From a virus (taxonomy: Duplodnaviria > Caudoviricetes): 64,000 bases of DNA. The DNA lies in IMG/VR virus record IMGVR_UViG_3300032225_002102, positions 65,292 to 129,291 of that record; one strand, written 5' to 3'. The notes beneath the pieces are model-generated. The model searched no databases. It was given only the letters and a program-made list of their open reading frames with translations, and had not been told where the DNA came from. Shown here piece after piece: positions 11,229 through 21,500 of the stretch. How positions within the stretch are numbered: the stretch's first letter is position 1; every line of letters begins with the position of its first letter. The position numbers were made by a program, and so were the translations under genes.

Positions 11229-12161
11229 ATGTTTATTATTCCTGAAAAGATTACAACAGAATATATATTAAGCAAGGTTTCACAAGAAGAAATATTTGAA
11301 AGATATGGTGTACCAGTTGTATCTCATAAGTTTATTTCACCTTTGAGAGAATCTAAATCAGAAACTTGCAGTTTTTTCTATAAAAATGGAGTTTTATATA
11401 TACACGATTTTGCTCGTGAAACTATAAATTGTTTTCATTTAGTAAAAGAAAAATTTCAATGTTCTTTCTTTGAAGCATTACTTATTATTGCAAATGATTT
11501 CGGTTTGCGAACAGCGAACATAGAAAGAAAACCTTTAATTAAAGAATATTCAATTGAAACTAAAGAGAAAGTAACTTATCAAATTTGTAAAAAAGATTTT
11601 ACTGAATCTGAATTAGAATTTTGGAATTTATTAGATTGGAAAGCAACTCAAGAACAACTTAATTTTTACGAAATATATTCTATTTCTGATTTATTTATAA
11701 ATAATAATCATTATAAAGGAAATTTAAAAAATGTATTTGCTTATAGATTAGATAAAAAAGATTTTCAAATATATTTTCCTGAATCAAAAGATAGAACTAA
11801 AAGATTTAGAACTTCTTGCTCTATTGGAATGTTTGGAAAACAATATTTAAGAAAAGAACCTGTTGTTATTTGTAAATCTTATAAAGATTTCTTCTATACT
11901 CGAATAAGTGGATTTAACTCTGTATGTGTTATTAGAGAAAACTATAAGTTTACGCAAGAAGAAATTACTTATTTAAAACGGTTTTCAGAAAAAATATATA
12001 TTTACTTTGATAATGATTCAACTGGATTAGAAAATGCTCTTAGAGAAGCTGAAAAGTGGAATTTAAAAGCAATATTTAATATAGAAGAAAAAGATTATTC
12101 GGATTACTGTAAAAAGTATGGTATTGTTAAAGCAAAAGAAATGTTAACTCAACTATTATGA
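11229..12161 (+). CDS. DNA primase (crAss-type, TOPRIM)
   Basis: SPLR..CSF..HDF N-terminal domain; KSYKD; YFDNDSTG; KDYSD. Confidence 0.85.
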   Translation: MFIIPEKITTEYILSKVSQEEIFERYGVPVVSHKFISPLRESKSETCSFFYKNGVLYIHDFARETINCFHLVKEKFQCSFFEALLIIANDFGLRTANIERKPLIKEYSIETKEKVTYQICKKDFTESELEFWNLLDWKATQEQLNFYEIYSISDLFINNNHYKGNLKNVFAYRLDKKDFQIYFPESKDRTKRFRTSCSIGMFGKQYLRKEPVVICKSYKDFFYTRISGFNSVCVIRENYKFTQEEITYLKRFSEKIYIYFDNDSTGLENALREAEKWNLKAIFNIEEKDYSDYCKKYGIVKAKEMLTQLL

Positions 12162-13214
12162 AACATATAAAACATTGGTATTTAGAATTATTACCTAACA
12201 AAACAGTTGTAATGGTAATTAAAACTTTTGAAGAAGGAGTAAAATATAAAATTGATCATCCTGGTATGATTGAAGTAGGAGAATCTAATAATATAGATGA
12301 ATGGAGAGAGTGTATAGTACAAGTACCTACTTGTAATGCTTTTTGGAAAGAAGAATTAACTTTTATGCAATATAGTAGTGTACAAAATAAAGATGAAATA
12401 AGAATTTATTATACTCCAGTTCCAGCTTCTTATTTATCTAAAGAACCAAATATTATTTATGATAAAGTTAATAAAATAGATAAAATTTTCACTCAGAAAA
12501 TTAAAAATGAGAATGATGAAAAAATAAAAAAAAGTTAAGAAAATATTAGATACTCTAAAATGAAATTAAAACTAACATCTAAAGTAAAAGAAGAAAAAAC
12601 ATTTAATTATGTTTTGCATACATTACATTTTACAGAAGTAAATATTTTAGATTATTTATTGATAAAAGATTTGTTTATTAACACAGATTGGGATACTTCT
12701 CCTTGGGATGAGTTAATGCAAAATGTAGAATCAGCAAGCATACCTCATATTAAGAATATTAAAAAAGATTCTTTTAATATTGAAATTGATGATTATTATG
12801 ATATTTTAGATTTATTACAACAATTTTTAACTGATAACGATTTACAATATGAAATTTAACGCAGAACAATTAGCAAAATTTGAATTAGAGTTAGTAGAAA
12901 AAGGTTATAAAAGATATAATCCTAAATACAGAAATGAAGATTATTCTTATTGGAAATCTTTTGGAATAACCTATGATGAAGATAATGATGAAATTATTCA
13001 ATATCAAATAGGTTTGTTAGTTTATGATTTTAGTAAGTATAATAATTTACCAGAATTTCAACAACCTTTTTCTATTAGTTATGAATTTATTTTAGGTAGA
13101 AATGATAAAATAGATAGAGTTGATTTATCTATATCTGATACTAAATTAACAGTTGAAGAATTTGAACAAGTATCATTAAACTTTTATAATAGTGTATGTA
13201 ATCAATGGATATGA
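12158..13214 (+). CDS. Three hypothetical proteins (12158-12538, 12560-12859, 12849-13214)
   Basis: ORF track, coupled. Confidence 0.6.
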
Positions 13215-13651
13215 GTTGGATATATCAAAATAAACCATTTACAGAAGTACCAGAAGGTTACATTGGATTCGTTTATAAAATCTCTTGTATTTCTCAATCT
13301 AATCAATATTATGGTTGGACATACTGGGGAATGAAGCAATTCTTTAGTACTACTACTAAAAGATTAGGAAAACGTGCTGTAGCTGCTTTACCTGATAAAA
13401 GAATGAGTAAGAAGGTAAAAACAACTAATGAGAGTAATTGGTTAAGTTATAATTCAAGTTCTAAAGAATTACAATCTTTAATTAAAAAGAATCCTACTCA
13501 TTTTAAAAAAGAAATAGTTGGATTATGTAAAACTAAGAAAATGATGAGTTACATGGAACTCGAATTATTAATTAAAAATGATGTTTTAAGAGATAATAAA
13601 AACTGGAATCAGAATGTGTTAAGTAAATTTTTCCGTAAAGATTTATTATAA
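13205..13651 (+). CDS. GIY-YIG-like nuclease (T4 endonuclease II-like)
   Basis: GFVYKI..YWGMKQF..ESNWLSYNSSSKEL..E..N. Confidence 0.7.
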   Translation: MDMSWIYQNKPFTEVPEGYIGFVYKISCISQSNQYYGWTYWGMKQFFSTTTKRLGKRAVAALPDKRMSKKVKTTNESNWLSYNSSSKELQSLIKKNPTHFKKEIVGLCKTKKMMSYMELELLIKNDVLRDNKNWNQNVLSKFFRKDLL

Positions 13652-13655
13652 ATAA

Positions 13656-13686
13656 TTTGTTTTTAAATTTAATTGTGGTATATTTG
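13656..13686 (+). promoter_or_regulatory. Bacteroidota sigma70-type promoter (-33 TTTG, -7 TATATTTG)
   Basis: TTTG 13656-59, 19-nt spacer, TATATTTG 13679-86. Confidence 0.75.
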
Positions 13687-13690
13687 TGGT

Positions 13691-13819
13691 ATGAAAGATT
13701 ATATAAAAGTACGAATTAATGAAGAACTTCATTTAAAATTAAAAGAAGAATCTTCGAAACTTGGATTGACTGTATCTTCTTACGTAAGATTAATTTTAAC
13801 TAAAACTACAAATATTTAA
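13691..13819 (+). CDS. Ribbon-helix-helix (CopG/Arc-like) protein, 42 aa (not in ORF track)
   Basis: MKDYIKVRINEELHLKLKEESSKLGLTVSSYVRLIL: beta-strand, helix, G-L-T-x-S, helix. Confidence 0.7.
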   Translation: MKDYIKVRINEELHLKLKEESSKLGLTVSSYVRLILTKTTNI

Positions 13820-13823
13820 AATC

Positions 13824-14582
13824 ATGTTACTTAACAATAATTATTATGTCTATTTTCATTATAAATTAGATACTAATGAAATTTTTTACATTGGTAAAGG
13901 TTTAAATAAAAGAGCTTTTTCTAAAAAAAGTAGAAATAAATATTGGAATAATGTAATAAATAAACATGGTTATAAAGTAGAAATTGTTGAACAAAATCTC
14001 ACAGAAGATGAAGCTTATGAAAAAGAGATTTTTTATATTGAAAAGTATAAAAAAGAAGGATTAAAATTAGTAAATTTAACAAACGGGGGTAAAGGTTGTT
14101 TAGGATTAAAAAATTCAAAAATAGGAGAATTTTCGAAATCAAAAAAAGGTATAAATCATTATAATTGTGGTAAGAAAAGATCAGACGTTTCTGATAGAAT
14201 AAAAGGTAAAAATCATCATAATTATGGTAAAATAGGAGAATTAAATTCTTGGTATGGTAGAAAACATAATGAAGAAACTAAATTGAAAATGAGTAAAAGT
14301 AAAAATGATCCTTTAAAAAAAGCTATTTATAGTGAAAACATGAAAAAATGTTGGACACAGGAAAGAAGAAAAAAAATTAGTTTAATTCATAAAGGTAAAA
14401 AAGGAATGGTGTTGGGAAAACACCCAGCAGCTAAAAAAATAATTAATAATGTTACTGGTATTATATATAATACAATAAAAGAAGCAGCTTTAGATTTAAA
14501 TTTAAATTATGGTACATTAAAAAATAGATTAAATCCTAATAATACTTTAAAAAATAATACAAATTTAGAATTTTATCTGTGA
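13824..14582 (+). CDS. Free-standing GIY-YIG homing endonuclease with NUMOD repeats
   Basis: YYVYFH..FYIGKG..RA; NLTNGG; NUMOD3 GRKHNEETKLKMS; C-terminal YNTIKEAA HTH. Confidence 0.85.
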   Translation: MLLNNNYYVYFHYKLDTNEIFYIGKGLNKRAFSKKSRNKYWNNVINKHGYKVEIVEQNLTEDEAYEKEIFYIEKYKKEGLKLVNLTNGGKGCLGLKNSKIGEFSKSKKGINHYNCGKKRSDVSDRIKGKNHHNYGKIGELNSWYGRKHNEETKLKMSKSKNDPLKKAIYSENMKKCWTQERRKKISLIHKGKKGMVLGKHPAAKKIINNVTGIIYNTIKEAALDLNLNYGTLKNRLNPNNTLKNNTNLEFYL

Positions 14583-14665
14583 ATGTTTAAACTTACCATA
14601 TTAATGAAAGTAATAGAAACAAGAGAATTTTTATGTGATGTGCTAAATTTAAACTATCAAATCAG

Positions 14666-15620
14666 TTGAACAAAATTACAGCTCATATAGAACAAACAAT
14701 TCATTCTTATAATAATTCATGGAATAGTGTATGGGATAAAAGACAACATTTAGAAGATTTAACTTCTGTTATATTTAAAGAAGTATTTGATATTTGTTGG
14801 AAACATTGTGATACCGATACCTTATATTTAATAATGGAAGATATTGATAAAATTAAAAAAGAAAATGATTTACCAATTTAAACAACTAAAGCAGTGTTAT
14901 ATACAGTAGAAGTACTAGAAAAAAAATTAAATGAGTTAGAACTTTTACTTTCTAACATTACACAGAATACAAATAAAGATCCTTATACTTTATCAAATGA
15001 TATTGGAGAATTAACTAATCTCCATTCTTCTTCAGTTAATCTTATGACTGCTGCTGAATATCATTATCATTTAAATATTAAAGATAAAGGAGAACGAGGT
15101 GCTTTATGTAGAGCTTTAAAAATGATGAGTGAAAGATTAAATAATAGTATAGGTAAAGCAATAGAATCTTATAGAAGTATGTTAAGTTTTGAAAAATTAG
15201 ATTATCAACATCAAACAAAAAATGGATAAAATATTTTTAGATTATAATACTTGCAAAAGATTAAAGAGTTTAGGTTTTAATGAAAGTTGTTTAGGTTATT
15301 ATCATAATAATAGTATAAATCCAGAAGTAGATTTATTTGTTACTGGTTTACTTAAACTTTATTCCGAAAATCAAAATATAACTTTAGCTTGTACTTATGA
15401 ACAATGCTTAAATTGGTTACGTGAAGAACATAATATCTTTGTAATATGTACTCAAGAATTTTATTCAGATGGTATTAACTATTTAGTACAAGTATTCAAA
15501 TATACACCAGAAAAAGAAAGATGTTATGAAGGTACAATGCTTTATGGAGATAATGGAGAATTTAAAAGTTATGAAGTTTCTCTTGAATTCGGATTGAATT
15601 TAGCAATAAAAATGATTTAG
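14666..15620 (+). CDS. Three hypothetical proteins (14666-14881, 14894-15229, 15222-15620)
   Basis: ORF track; the last has the LKSLGF..WLREEHNI pattern common in Bacteroidota phages. Confidence 0.6.
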
Positions 15621-15650
15621 ATTTATCATAAAAAAATTAAAAAACAAACA

Positions 15651-17660
15651 ATGATTTTAACAAAAGATGAAACTATTGAAAGTTTTTCAATAGGTAACAC
15701 TACAATTAAAGGTACAATTGATGCTAATAAAGTTGGAAAAATGTTTCAACTATTGAGTAATCTTTATAGTGATAAAGAAAGTATTGTATTACAGGAAATT
15801 ACTGCAAATGCTCAAGATTCTTACAAAAGGATAGGTAAAGAAGGAGAAGTAAATATTAAGTTTGATTCAACAGATAGAATTTTACATATCATAGATAAAG
15901 CAGAAGGAATATCTCCTTATGTATTTGAGAATTATATTACTAAGTTAGGTAGTTCAAGTAAAGAATTAGAAGATGATTCAGCAGGTATGTTAGGTATTGG
16001 ATTTTTCAGTGGTTGGTGTATTACAAATTGTGTTTATTTAACCACTGTTTACGAAAACGTAAAATACATATATTCGTGTACAAAGAGAGATTATGAAGAA
16101 CCAGAATTTAATTTGTTATTAGAAGAAGAAACAAATTTAGAAAATGGAACTGATTATTGGTTTTATTTACCTAAATCACAATACTCCTTTAAAGATACAG
16201 AAAAAGAAAAGTTTGAAAAAGCATTAAATAAGTTACGTTATTTTCATAATGTTACTGTTGAAGGATTGAAGTTTAATAATAATTACAATATCTATCAAGG
16301 TAAAACGTTTGTATTTAATGAAAGTTATTTTAATTCTCAATATGATAGAGATTATAAAGAATTAGAAATATGTTTTGGTAATACTCCTTACCCTATTAAT
16401 TGGGAAAAGATAGATATTCCTAAAATTTCTATTCCAGTAGCTTTAAAATTTGAACTTAATGAACCTTTGATGATTTTACCTTCAAGAGAAGCATTAGGTT
16501 GGAATAATATCACTATTGATGCAGTTAAGAATAAAATTATAGATTTTGTACAAGAAATATCTAGTATTTATAAAGAACAAACAAAACCATTTGATAATAT
16601 TTTAGATTATCTTGAAGCAAGAGATAATAAACAAAATATTAAAATTGGTAATTCTGTTATAAATATTAGTAGTTTAAAATTAGAATCTGATTTAAAGTAC
16701 AGTAAAATTGCTCATTTAGATATTAAAATCCCAACAGATAAAGATCATATATTTATAGAATTTGTTAAAACTTGGAATAAACTTTATAAAAAGAAAAGTA
16801 AACCTTATGTGTATGATAATGCAAAATTTTATTATTCTGAGCAAGGTTTAAAAAAGAGTAAAACTTCACAAATTGATTATGATTGTATATTAAATTATGT
16901 AACTCCTGCTTATGTAAATCATAGAGATTATTTTTATACTTCTCCTTTATTTGCAAATGGTTATCCTGATAATGCTTATGATCAAATTAGAGAGTTTTTA
17001 GGGTATGTAAGAGAAGATATTAAAGCTAGATTTTTAGATTATGATTCTATTGTTCCAGCTAAAAGAAATACTAATTTTGTAAAAAGAACAAATGAAGTTA
17101 TTTTAGCTGCTTTTAATGGAGACGTTAAAAAGTTAGATTATAATATTAGTAAGTTTATTGCTCCAAAGTATTTATTTCTTACTTCTGATTTAGAAGAGTA
17201 TAATGAAATATGTAAATATACTCAATCTTATTTTGGATTTACTAAAGATAGAAAAACATGTATTATAAATGTTATTTATACAGCTAAAAAGAACTATCAT
17301 CTTTTTAGTGGTTGTAACATTATAACTTTAGAAGAGTGGTTTAAATCTGATATGTTTACCAATGCTTTTAGAAGAAGTATTGATGCTTATAACTATAATC
17401 AATTGAATGGTTATCTTTTTAAAGAATGGTTAAATAAGTATAACAAACGCTTGTATTATATTCATAAGAATACTAAAACAAATTATAATAAAATAATTGT
17501 TGATAAAGGATTAGAATTAAAAATTGCATATACAGATAATTATATTGATTTAAGAAAACATTATGATATTTATATGAATATTGAAAACAACAAAATATAT
17601 GGAAAAGATAAAATTATTAATTTCTTACGTAAAAAACTAAATAAATGTCAGAATCAGTAA
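15651..17660 (+). CDS. rIIA: rIIA-like protein (N-terminal GHKL/HATPase domain)
   Basis: LYSD..QEITANAQDS, D.AEGIS, SSK, GMLGIG; PSREAL; followed by rIIB. Confidence 0.85.
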   Translation: MILTKDETIESFSIGNTTIKGTIDANKVGKMFQLLSNLYSDKESIVLQEITANAQDSYKRIGKEGEVNIKFDSTDRILHIIDKAEGISPYVFENYITKLGSSSKELEDDSAGMLGIGFFSGWCITNCVYLTTVYENVKYIYSCTKRDYEEPEFNLLLEEETNLENGTDYWFYLPKSQYSFKDTEKEKFEKALNKLRYFHNVTVEGLKFNNNYNIYQGKTFVFNESYFNSQYDRDYKELEICFGNTPYPINWEKIDIPKISIPVALKFELNEPLMILPSREALGWNNITIDAVKNKIIDFVQEISSIYKEQTKPFDNILDYLEARDNKQNIKIGNSVINISSLKLESDLKYSKIAHLDIKIPTDKDHIFIEFVKTWNKLYKKKSKPYVYDNAKFYYSEQGLKKSKTSQIDYDCILNYVTPAYVNHRDYFYTSPLFANGYPDNAYDQIREFLGYVREDIKARFLDYDSIVPAKRNTNFVKRTNEVILAAFNGDVKKLDYNISKFIAPKYLFLTSDLEEYNEICKYTQSYFGFTKDRKTCIINVIYTAKKNYHLFSGCNIITLEEWFKSDMFTNAFRRSIDAYNYNQLNGYLFKEWLNKYNKRLYYIHKNTKTNYNKIIVDKGLELKIAYTDNYIDLRKHYDIYMNIENNKIYGKDKIINFLRKKLNKCQNQ

Positions 17661-17774
17661 AAAGAGATTTATTACAAAAAGCATATTTAATTTTGGATAA
17701 AGCTCTTCAAGAAAAAAAAATAAAAGAAGTGCTAAAACAAATGGAAATAATTAATAATTTAAATATTAAATTAG

Positions 17775-19121
17775 ATGCTGACAATTAATGTTATTGGAAA
17801 AAACTGTAATATAGTTTTAGATGGTGTATTATACACAGTTATAACCTCAGAATCATTTGATTTAAAAAGGTTACAATCTTATGGATTAAAATACTATTAC
17901 AACTATAATCTATCAAAAGATTACTTTGATGAGTTTGGAGAGCATATTACAGAGCAAAGAAGAGATATTTTAAAGACTTATGCTGAATTATATAAGTTAA
18001 AAATTAAAAAATTAATCTTTAGCCAAATAGAAATTCAAAATAATGCTAAAACTGCTAAAGATTTTGAAAGAAAGCTTGAAAAAAGAAAGCTAGAAGAAGA
18101 AAAGTATAATCTTAAACGATTAAAAGATAATAAAGTAAAATCTTTTAGTAATTTTTCACAACTTGAAATAAGAAATAATGAAGTTTACTTAAAAGGTTTG
18201 AATTTTATTTTACCTGATGATTTCCTTAAAGTTATTCAAGAAGTTGAGAATCCTCAACCATATATTAACTTTATGTATAACCTTAGTTCTAATCCTAATG
18301 AATATGTTAGAAATAATGTGTTTACTTGGGTTAATAATAATCAGTTTAAGATTACTGAAAATGGTTATATTTATGGGGTAAGATGGGTTGTCAAAAAGAA
18401 TGATATTCCTGAACTTACTCAATTTGTACATTCTGAATATATTAGAAAGAAATTACAAAAGAAATCACCTAAGAATTATTCTGTTTATAGTTTAGAAGAA
18501 GAAAGTGATTATAGTATTAGGATTTATTATAATATTGTTGAAAATTCTAAAATAGCAACAGAAAAATTTCAATCTACAAATCATACTTTAATAGGTAATC
18601 TTTATGATTTATTCAATAAAGAAGAAGATTTAGAATTTACTGATAATTATACTCAAACTTTTAAAATTAAATTAGGAGAAGTTGTAAGTATGAATAGAGA
18701 AGATTGTGATGAATCTTCTACTGAATGTAGTAGAGGATTACATTTTATCTCAACAAATCATGCTATAAATAATAGTTTTGGAGATACTTTGATAAGTGTA
18801 CTTGTTAACCCAAGTATGATTGTATCAATTCCAAATGATAATTATCCTAAAATTAGATGTTGTGAATATTTTCCTTATTCTATCTTAGATATTTCTACAA
18901 TTGAAGAATTTAAAACATCTGATTTAGTAATAGATGATACTGATTTTGAATTGATTAATGTATCTAAGATTTATGATAGTTTGAGTTATAAAACTAACTT
19001 ATATAACTCATCTAATAGTAAAGAAAGATTACAAGAAATTAAATCAAAACTTCAATCTTTTAAAGTAAAACCCGTTGAACCTGAACAACTTGCTGTTGTA
19101 AACCGATTAATTAAACTATGA
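17775..19121 (+). CDS. rIIB: rIIB-like protein
   Basis: F..NL..NPN, ITENG, GEVVSM.R..CD, CSRGLH, VNP..IVSIP, K.RCCEY. Confidence 0.85.
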   Translation: MLTINVIGKNCNIVLDGVLYTVITSESFDLKRLQSYGLKYYYNYNLSKDYFDEFGEHITEQRRDILKTYAELYKLKIKKLIFSQIEIQNNAKTAKDFERKLEKRKLEEEKYNLKRLKDNKVKSFSNFSQLEIRNNEVYLKGLNFILPDDFLKVIQEVENPQPYINFMYNLSSNPNEYVRNNVFTWVNNNQFKITENGYIYGVRWVVKKNDIPELTQFVHSEYIRKKLQKKSPKNYSVYSLEEESDYSIRIYYNIVENSKIATEKFQSTNHTLIGNLYDLFNKEEDLEFTDNYTQTFKIKLGEVVSMNREDCDESSTECSRGLHFISTNHAINNSFGDTLISVLVNPSMIVSIPNDNYPKIRCCEYFPYSILDISTIEEFKTSDLVIDDTDFELINVSKIYDSLSYKTNLYNSSNSKERLQEIKSKLQSFKVKPVEPEQLAVVNRLIKL

Positions 19122-19339
19122 AATTTGAATTTAACGTATTAGTACCTCTTAAAACATTTTATGTAGGTGAATTAGAAATTGAAGCTGAAAATTATCAATC
19201 TGCATTAGATATTATTAAAAAACTATCTAAAGAAGAAATTGATGATAGAACTACAAATTGGGAAATAGATTTAACAAATATTGTTAGTATTTCTGATGAT
19301 TTGGAAGTTTATGATAAAGAAAATAATATTTTAAATTAA
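19118..19339 (+). CDS. Hypothetical protein (EAEN..A..I family)
   Basis: ORF track; resembles the interrupted ORF at 24145. Confidence 0.6.
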   Translation: MKFEFNVLVPLKTFYVGELEIEAENYQSALDIIKKLSKEEIDDRTTNWEIDLTNIVSISDDLEVYDKENNILN

Positions 19340-19354
19340 TCTTTAATTTTAACA

Positions 19355-19388
19355 GCTCCTATCAGAAATGGTAGGAGTTTTATTTTTT
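19355..19388 (+). terminator. Intrinsic terminator
   Basis: GCTCCTATCA-GAAA-TGGTAGGAGT followed by a T-run; implies the next ORF starts at 19389, not 19368. Confidence 0.75.
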
Positions 19389-19646
19389 ATGACAACATTA
19401 GAACAAGCAACAGAATGGTTGCAAGAGTATTTTCAAATAAATAAAATATATTTTCCTCTTAAAAAAATTAGAAAAGATTATTCATATTGGAAAAATGAAG
19501 TTTGTGAATGGGAATTAGATATATATTCTAAAGAATGTAAAATTGTTGTAAGTTATGATGAAAAATATAAAAATAAATTTTACAATTTTATAATTCCAAA
19601 TACAAAAGAAGAATTATTTACAGTTTTAAATATTTTAGAAAAATGA
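19389..19646 (+). CDS. Hypothetical protein
   Basis: MTTLEQATEWL start downstream of the terminator. Confidence 0.55.
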   Translation: MTTLEQATEWLQEYFQINKIYFPLKKIRKDYSYWKNEVCEWELDIYSKECKIVVSYDEKYKNKFYNFIIPNTKEELFTVLNILEK

Positions 19647-19837
19647 AATTATCAAAAACAAAATTAATTTTAATAGATAGTATTATTGAAAATTACGAGT
19701 TAAATTATTATGATTCACAAGATGTAATATTTGAATTATTAAGAGATTATTTACAAACAATGACAATTGCAAGATTAAATGATTTAAATGGGTATGTAGA
19801 AGAAAATGAAATTAATTAACTTTAAATAACTAAAACA

Positions 19838-20806
19838 TTGGCACACGAAGTAGAAGGTAAAATATACTCATTGAAACAAAAGAGTTGGCATGGTAATGAT
19901 ATTATATCACAAGATGTATTATCAAGTGCTGAAATTATTAAATTGGTTAACCTTGATTATAAGGTAGAAAAACAACCTATTTATTTAGCAAGTAGTTCGG
20001 AAATCCCAAACTACTATGCTAATGTAAGAATGGATACAGGAGCACCATTAGGTATAGTTAAGGATAAGTATCAAATAGTACAAAATACAGAAGCATTTGA
20101 GTTCTTTGATTCTGTAATAGGTAAAGATTATATTCAGTATGAAACAGCAGGTATATTGAAAGAAGGTAAGAAAGTATTTGTTGCTGCTAAGATGAAGAAC
20201 GGTATGAAAGTTAATGGTAAAGATGAACACGAACTTTATCTTATATTTGCAAATGATCATACTGGGTCTGCTCCTGTTAGAATTATGCTTTCAAACGTGA
20301 GAATTGTTTGCAACAATACATTTACCGCAGCTGTAAGTAATGCTAAAAGAGCAAATACTCATTTTGCAATCAAACATACTAAAAGTTATAAGAGTAAAAT
20401 AGATACTGCTGAACAAGTACTTAGATTAAGTAAGCAAACATTTGAACAACAAAAAGATTTCTTTGAAAAGATTAGTAAAGTTCAACTGAAAGATAATCAA
20501 GTTTCAGATTTAGCTTTGAAATTGATATGTAATTATGCAGAATTAGATAGTATTGGAACAGGTGCTGATATTAATGAAGTACTTTCAACAAGAAAATTTA
20601 ATACTTACAATAAGATTCTTAACTCTTATCATAATCCAAGCTCTCAACAATCTATTTTAGGTACAGGATATGGATTTCTAAATGGTGTAACTTATTTTAC
20701 TACACATGAGATGTATAAAGATAACGAAGATAGTATTAATGGACACTTATTTGGAGGTGCTTTAGATTTACAACAAAAAGCAGTTGATTTAATTTTAACG
20801 TATTAA
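19838..20806 (+). CDS. DUF932 family protein (TIGR03299-like)
   Basis: MAHE..WHG, VQN.EAFEFFD, ETAG.L..GK.VF, NDH.GS, RIVCNNT, IKHT. Confidence 0.88.
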   Translation: MAHEVEGKIYSLKQKSWHGNDIISQDVLSSAEIIKLVNLDYKVEKQPIYLASSSEIPNYYANVRMDTGAPLGIVKDKYQIVQNTEAFEFFDSVIGKDYIQYETAGILKEGKKVFVAAKMKNGMKVNGKDEHELYLIFANDHTGSAPVRIMLSNVRIVCNNTFTAAVSNAKRANTHFAIKHTKSYKSKIDTAEQVLRLSKQTFEQQKDFFEKISKVQLKDNQVSDLALKLICNYAELDSIGTGADINEVLSTRKFNTYNKILNSYHNPSSQQSILGTGYGFLNGVTYFTTHEMYKDNEDSINGHLFGGALDLQQKAVDLILTY

Positions 20807-20807
20807 T

Positions 20808-21500
20808 ATGAAGTTATTAAACAGTAACTATAAATTAAAAAAAGCATTAGATAAAGGTATAGTTCAAATGGGAGTAGAAATGCTCCCATTTACTTTTGGA
20901 GGTGGAGAAAATTTGTGTAAATTTGCAACTACTTCATGTATAAAAGTGTGTGTGCAACAAGCAGGATATAGTTCATTACCAGTAGTTTATAATGCAAGGT
21001 TAGCAAGAACTCAGTTATTTAATAAAGATAATGTAGAATTTTTACGATTGTTGATAAATGAAATTAATTACTACTCTGGAATATATTCTAATTTAACAAT
21101 TAGACCTAATGTATTTTCAGAAATTCAATGGAAAAATATTTATTATGAAGATAAAACTTTATTTGAACATTGTAAAAATGTAAACTTTATGGATTATGTA
21201 AAAAATCCTAAATCAGTATATTTAGATATTCCAAATTATTTTACATTGTATTCTGGACAAATAAATACTAAACACATCTGGTTAAAATTACTTAAAGATT
21301 CTAAACCTGTTGCATTAGTATTTAATAAAGTACCTTTAGAATATGAAGGATATGAAGTAGTAAATGGAGATCAAGATGATTATATTATAAGATATAAAGA
21401 TAAACCTGTAATTGTAGGGTTAAAATATAAACAAGTAATTAAAAAAGGTGTTAAAAACTCAGAACTATTAAAAAACAATAAACTTGTAATACAATTATGA
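20808..21500 (+). CDS. GP88-like phage protein
   Basis: NLC.FAT..C...C, RPNVFSEI.W, FMDY.K, VNGD..D, VGLKYK. Confidence 0.75.
   Translation: MKLLNSNYKLKKALDKGIVQMGVEMLPFTFGGGENLCKFATTSCIKVCVQQAGYSSLPVVYNARLARTQLFNKDNVEFLRLLINEINYYSGIYSNLTIRPNVFSEIQWKNIYYEDKTLFEHCKNVNFMDYVKNPKSVYLDIPNYFTLYSGQINTKHIWLKLLKDSKPVALVFNKVPLEYEGYEVVNGDQDDYIIRYKDKPVIVGLKYKQVIKKGVKNSELLKNNKLVIQL

Noticed and set aside
15618-15653. TAG of ORF 15222 is in frame with rIIA with no intervening stop (possible readthrough fusion)
   Set aside because: Only 10 A-rich codons that look like a normal Bacteroidota initiation region; easily explained by chance
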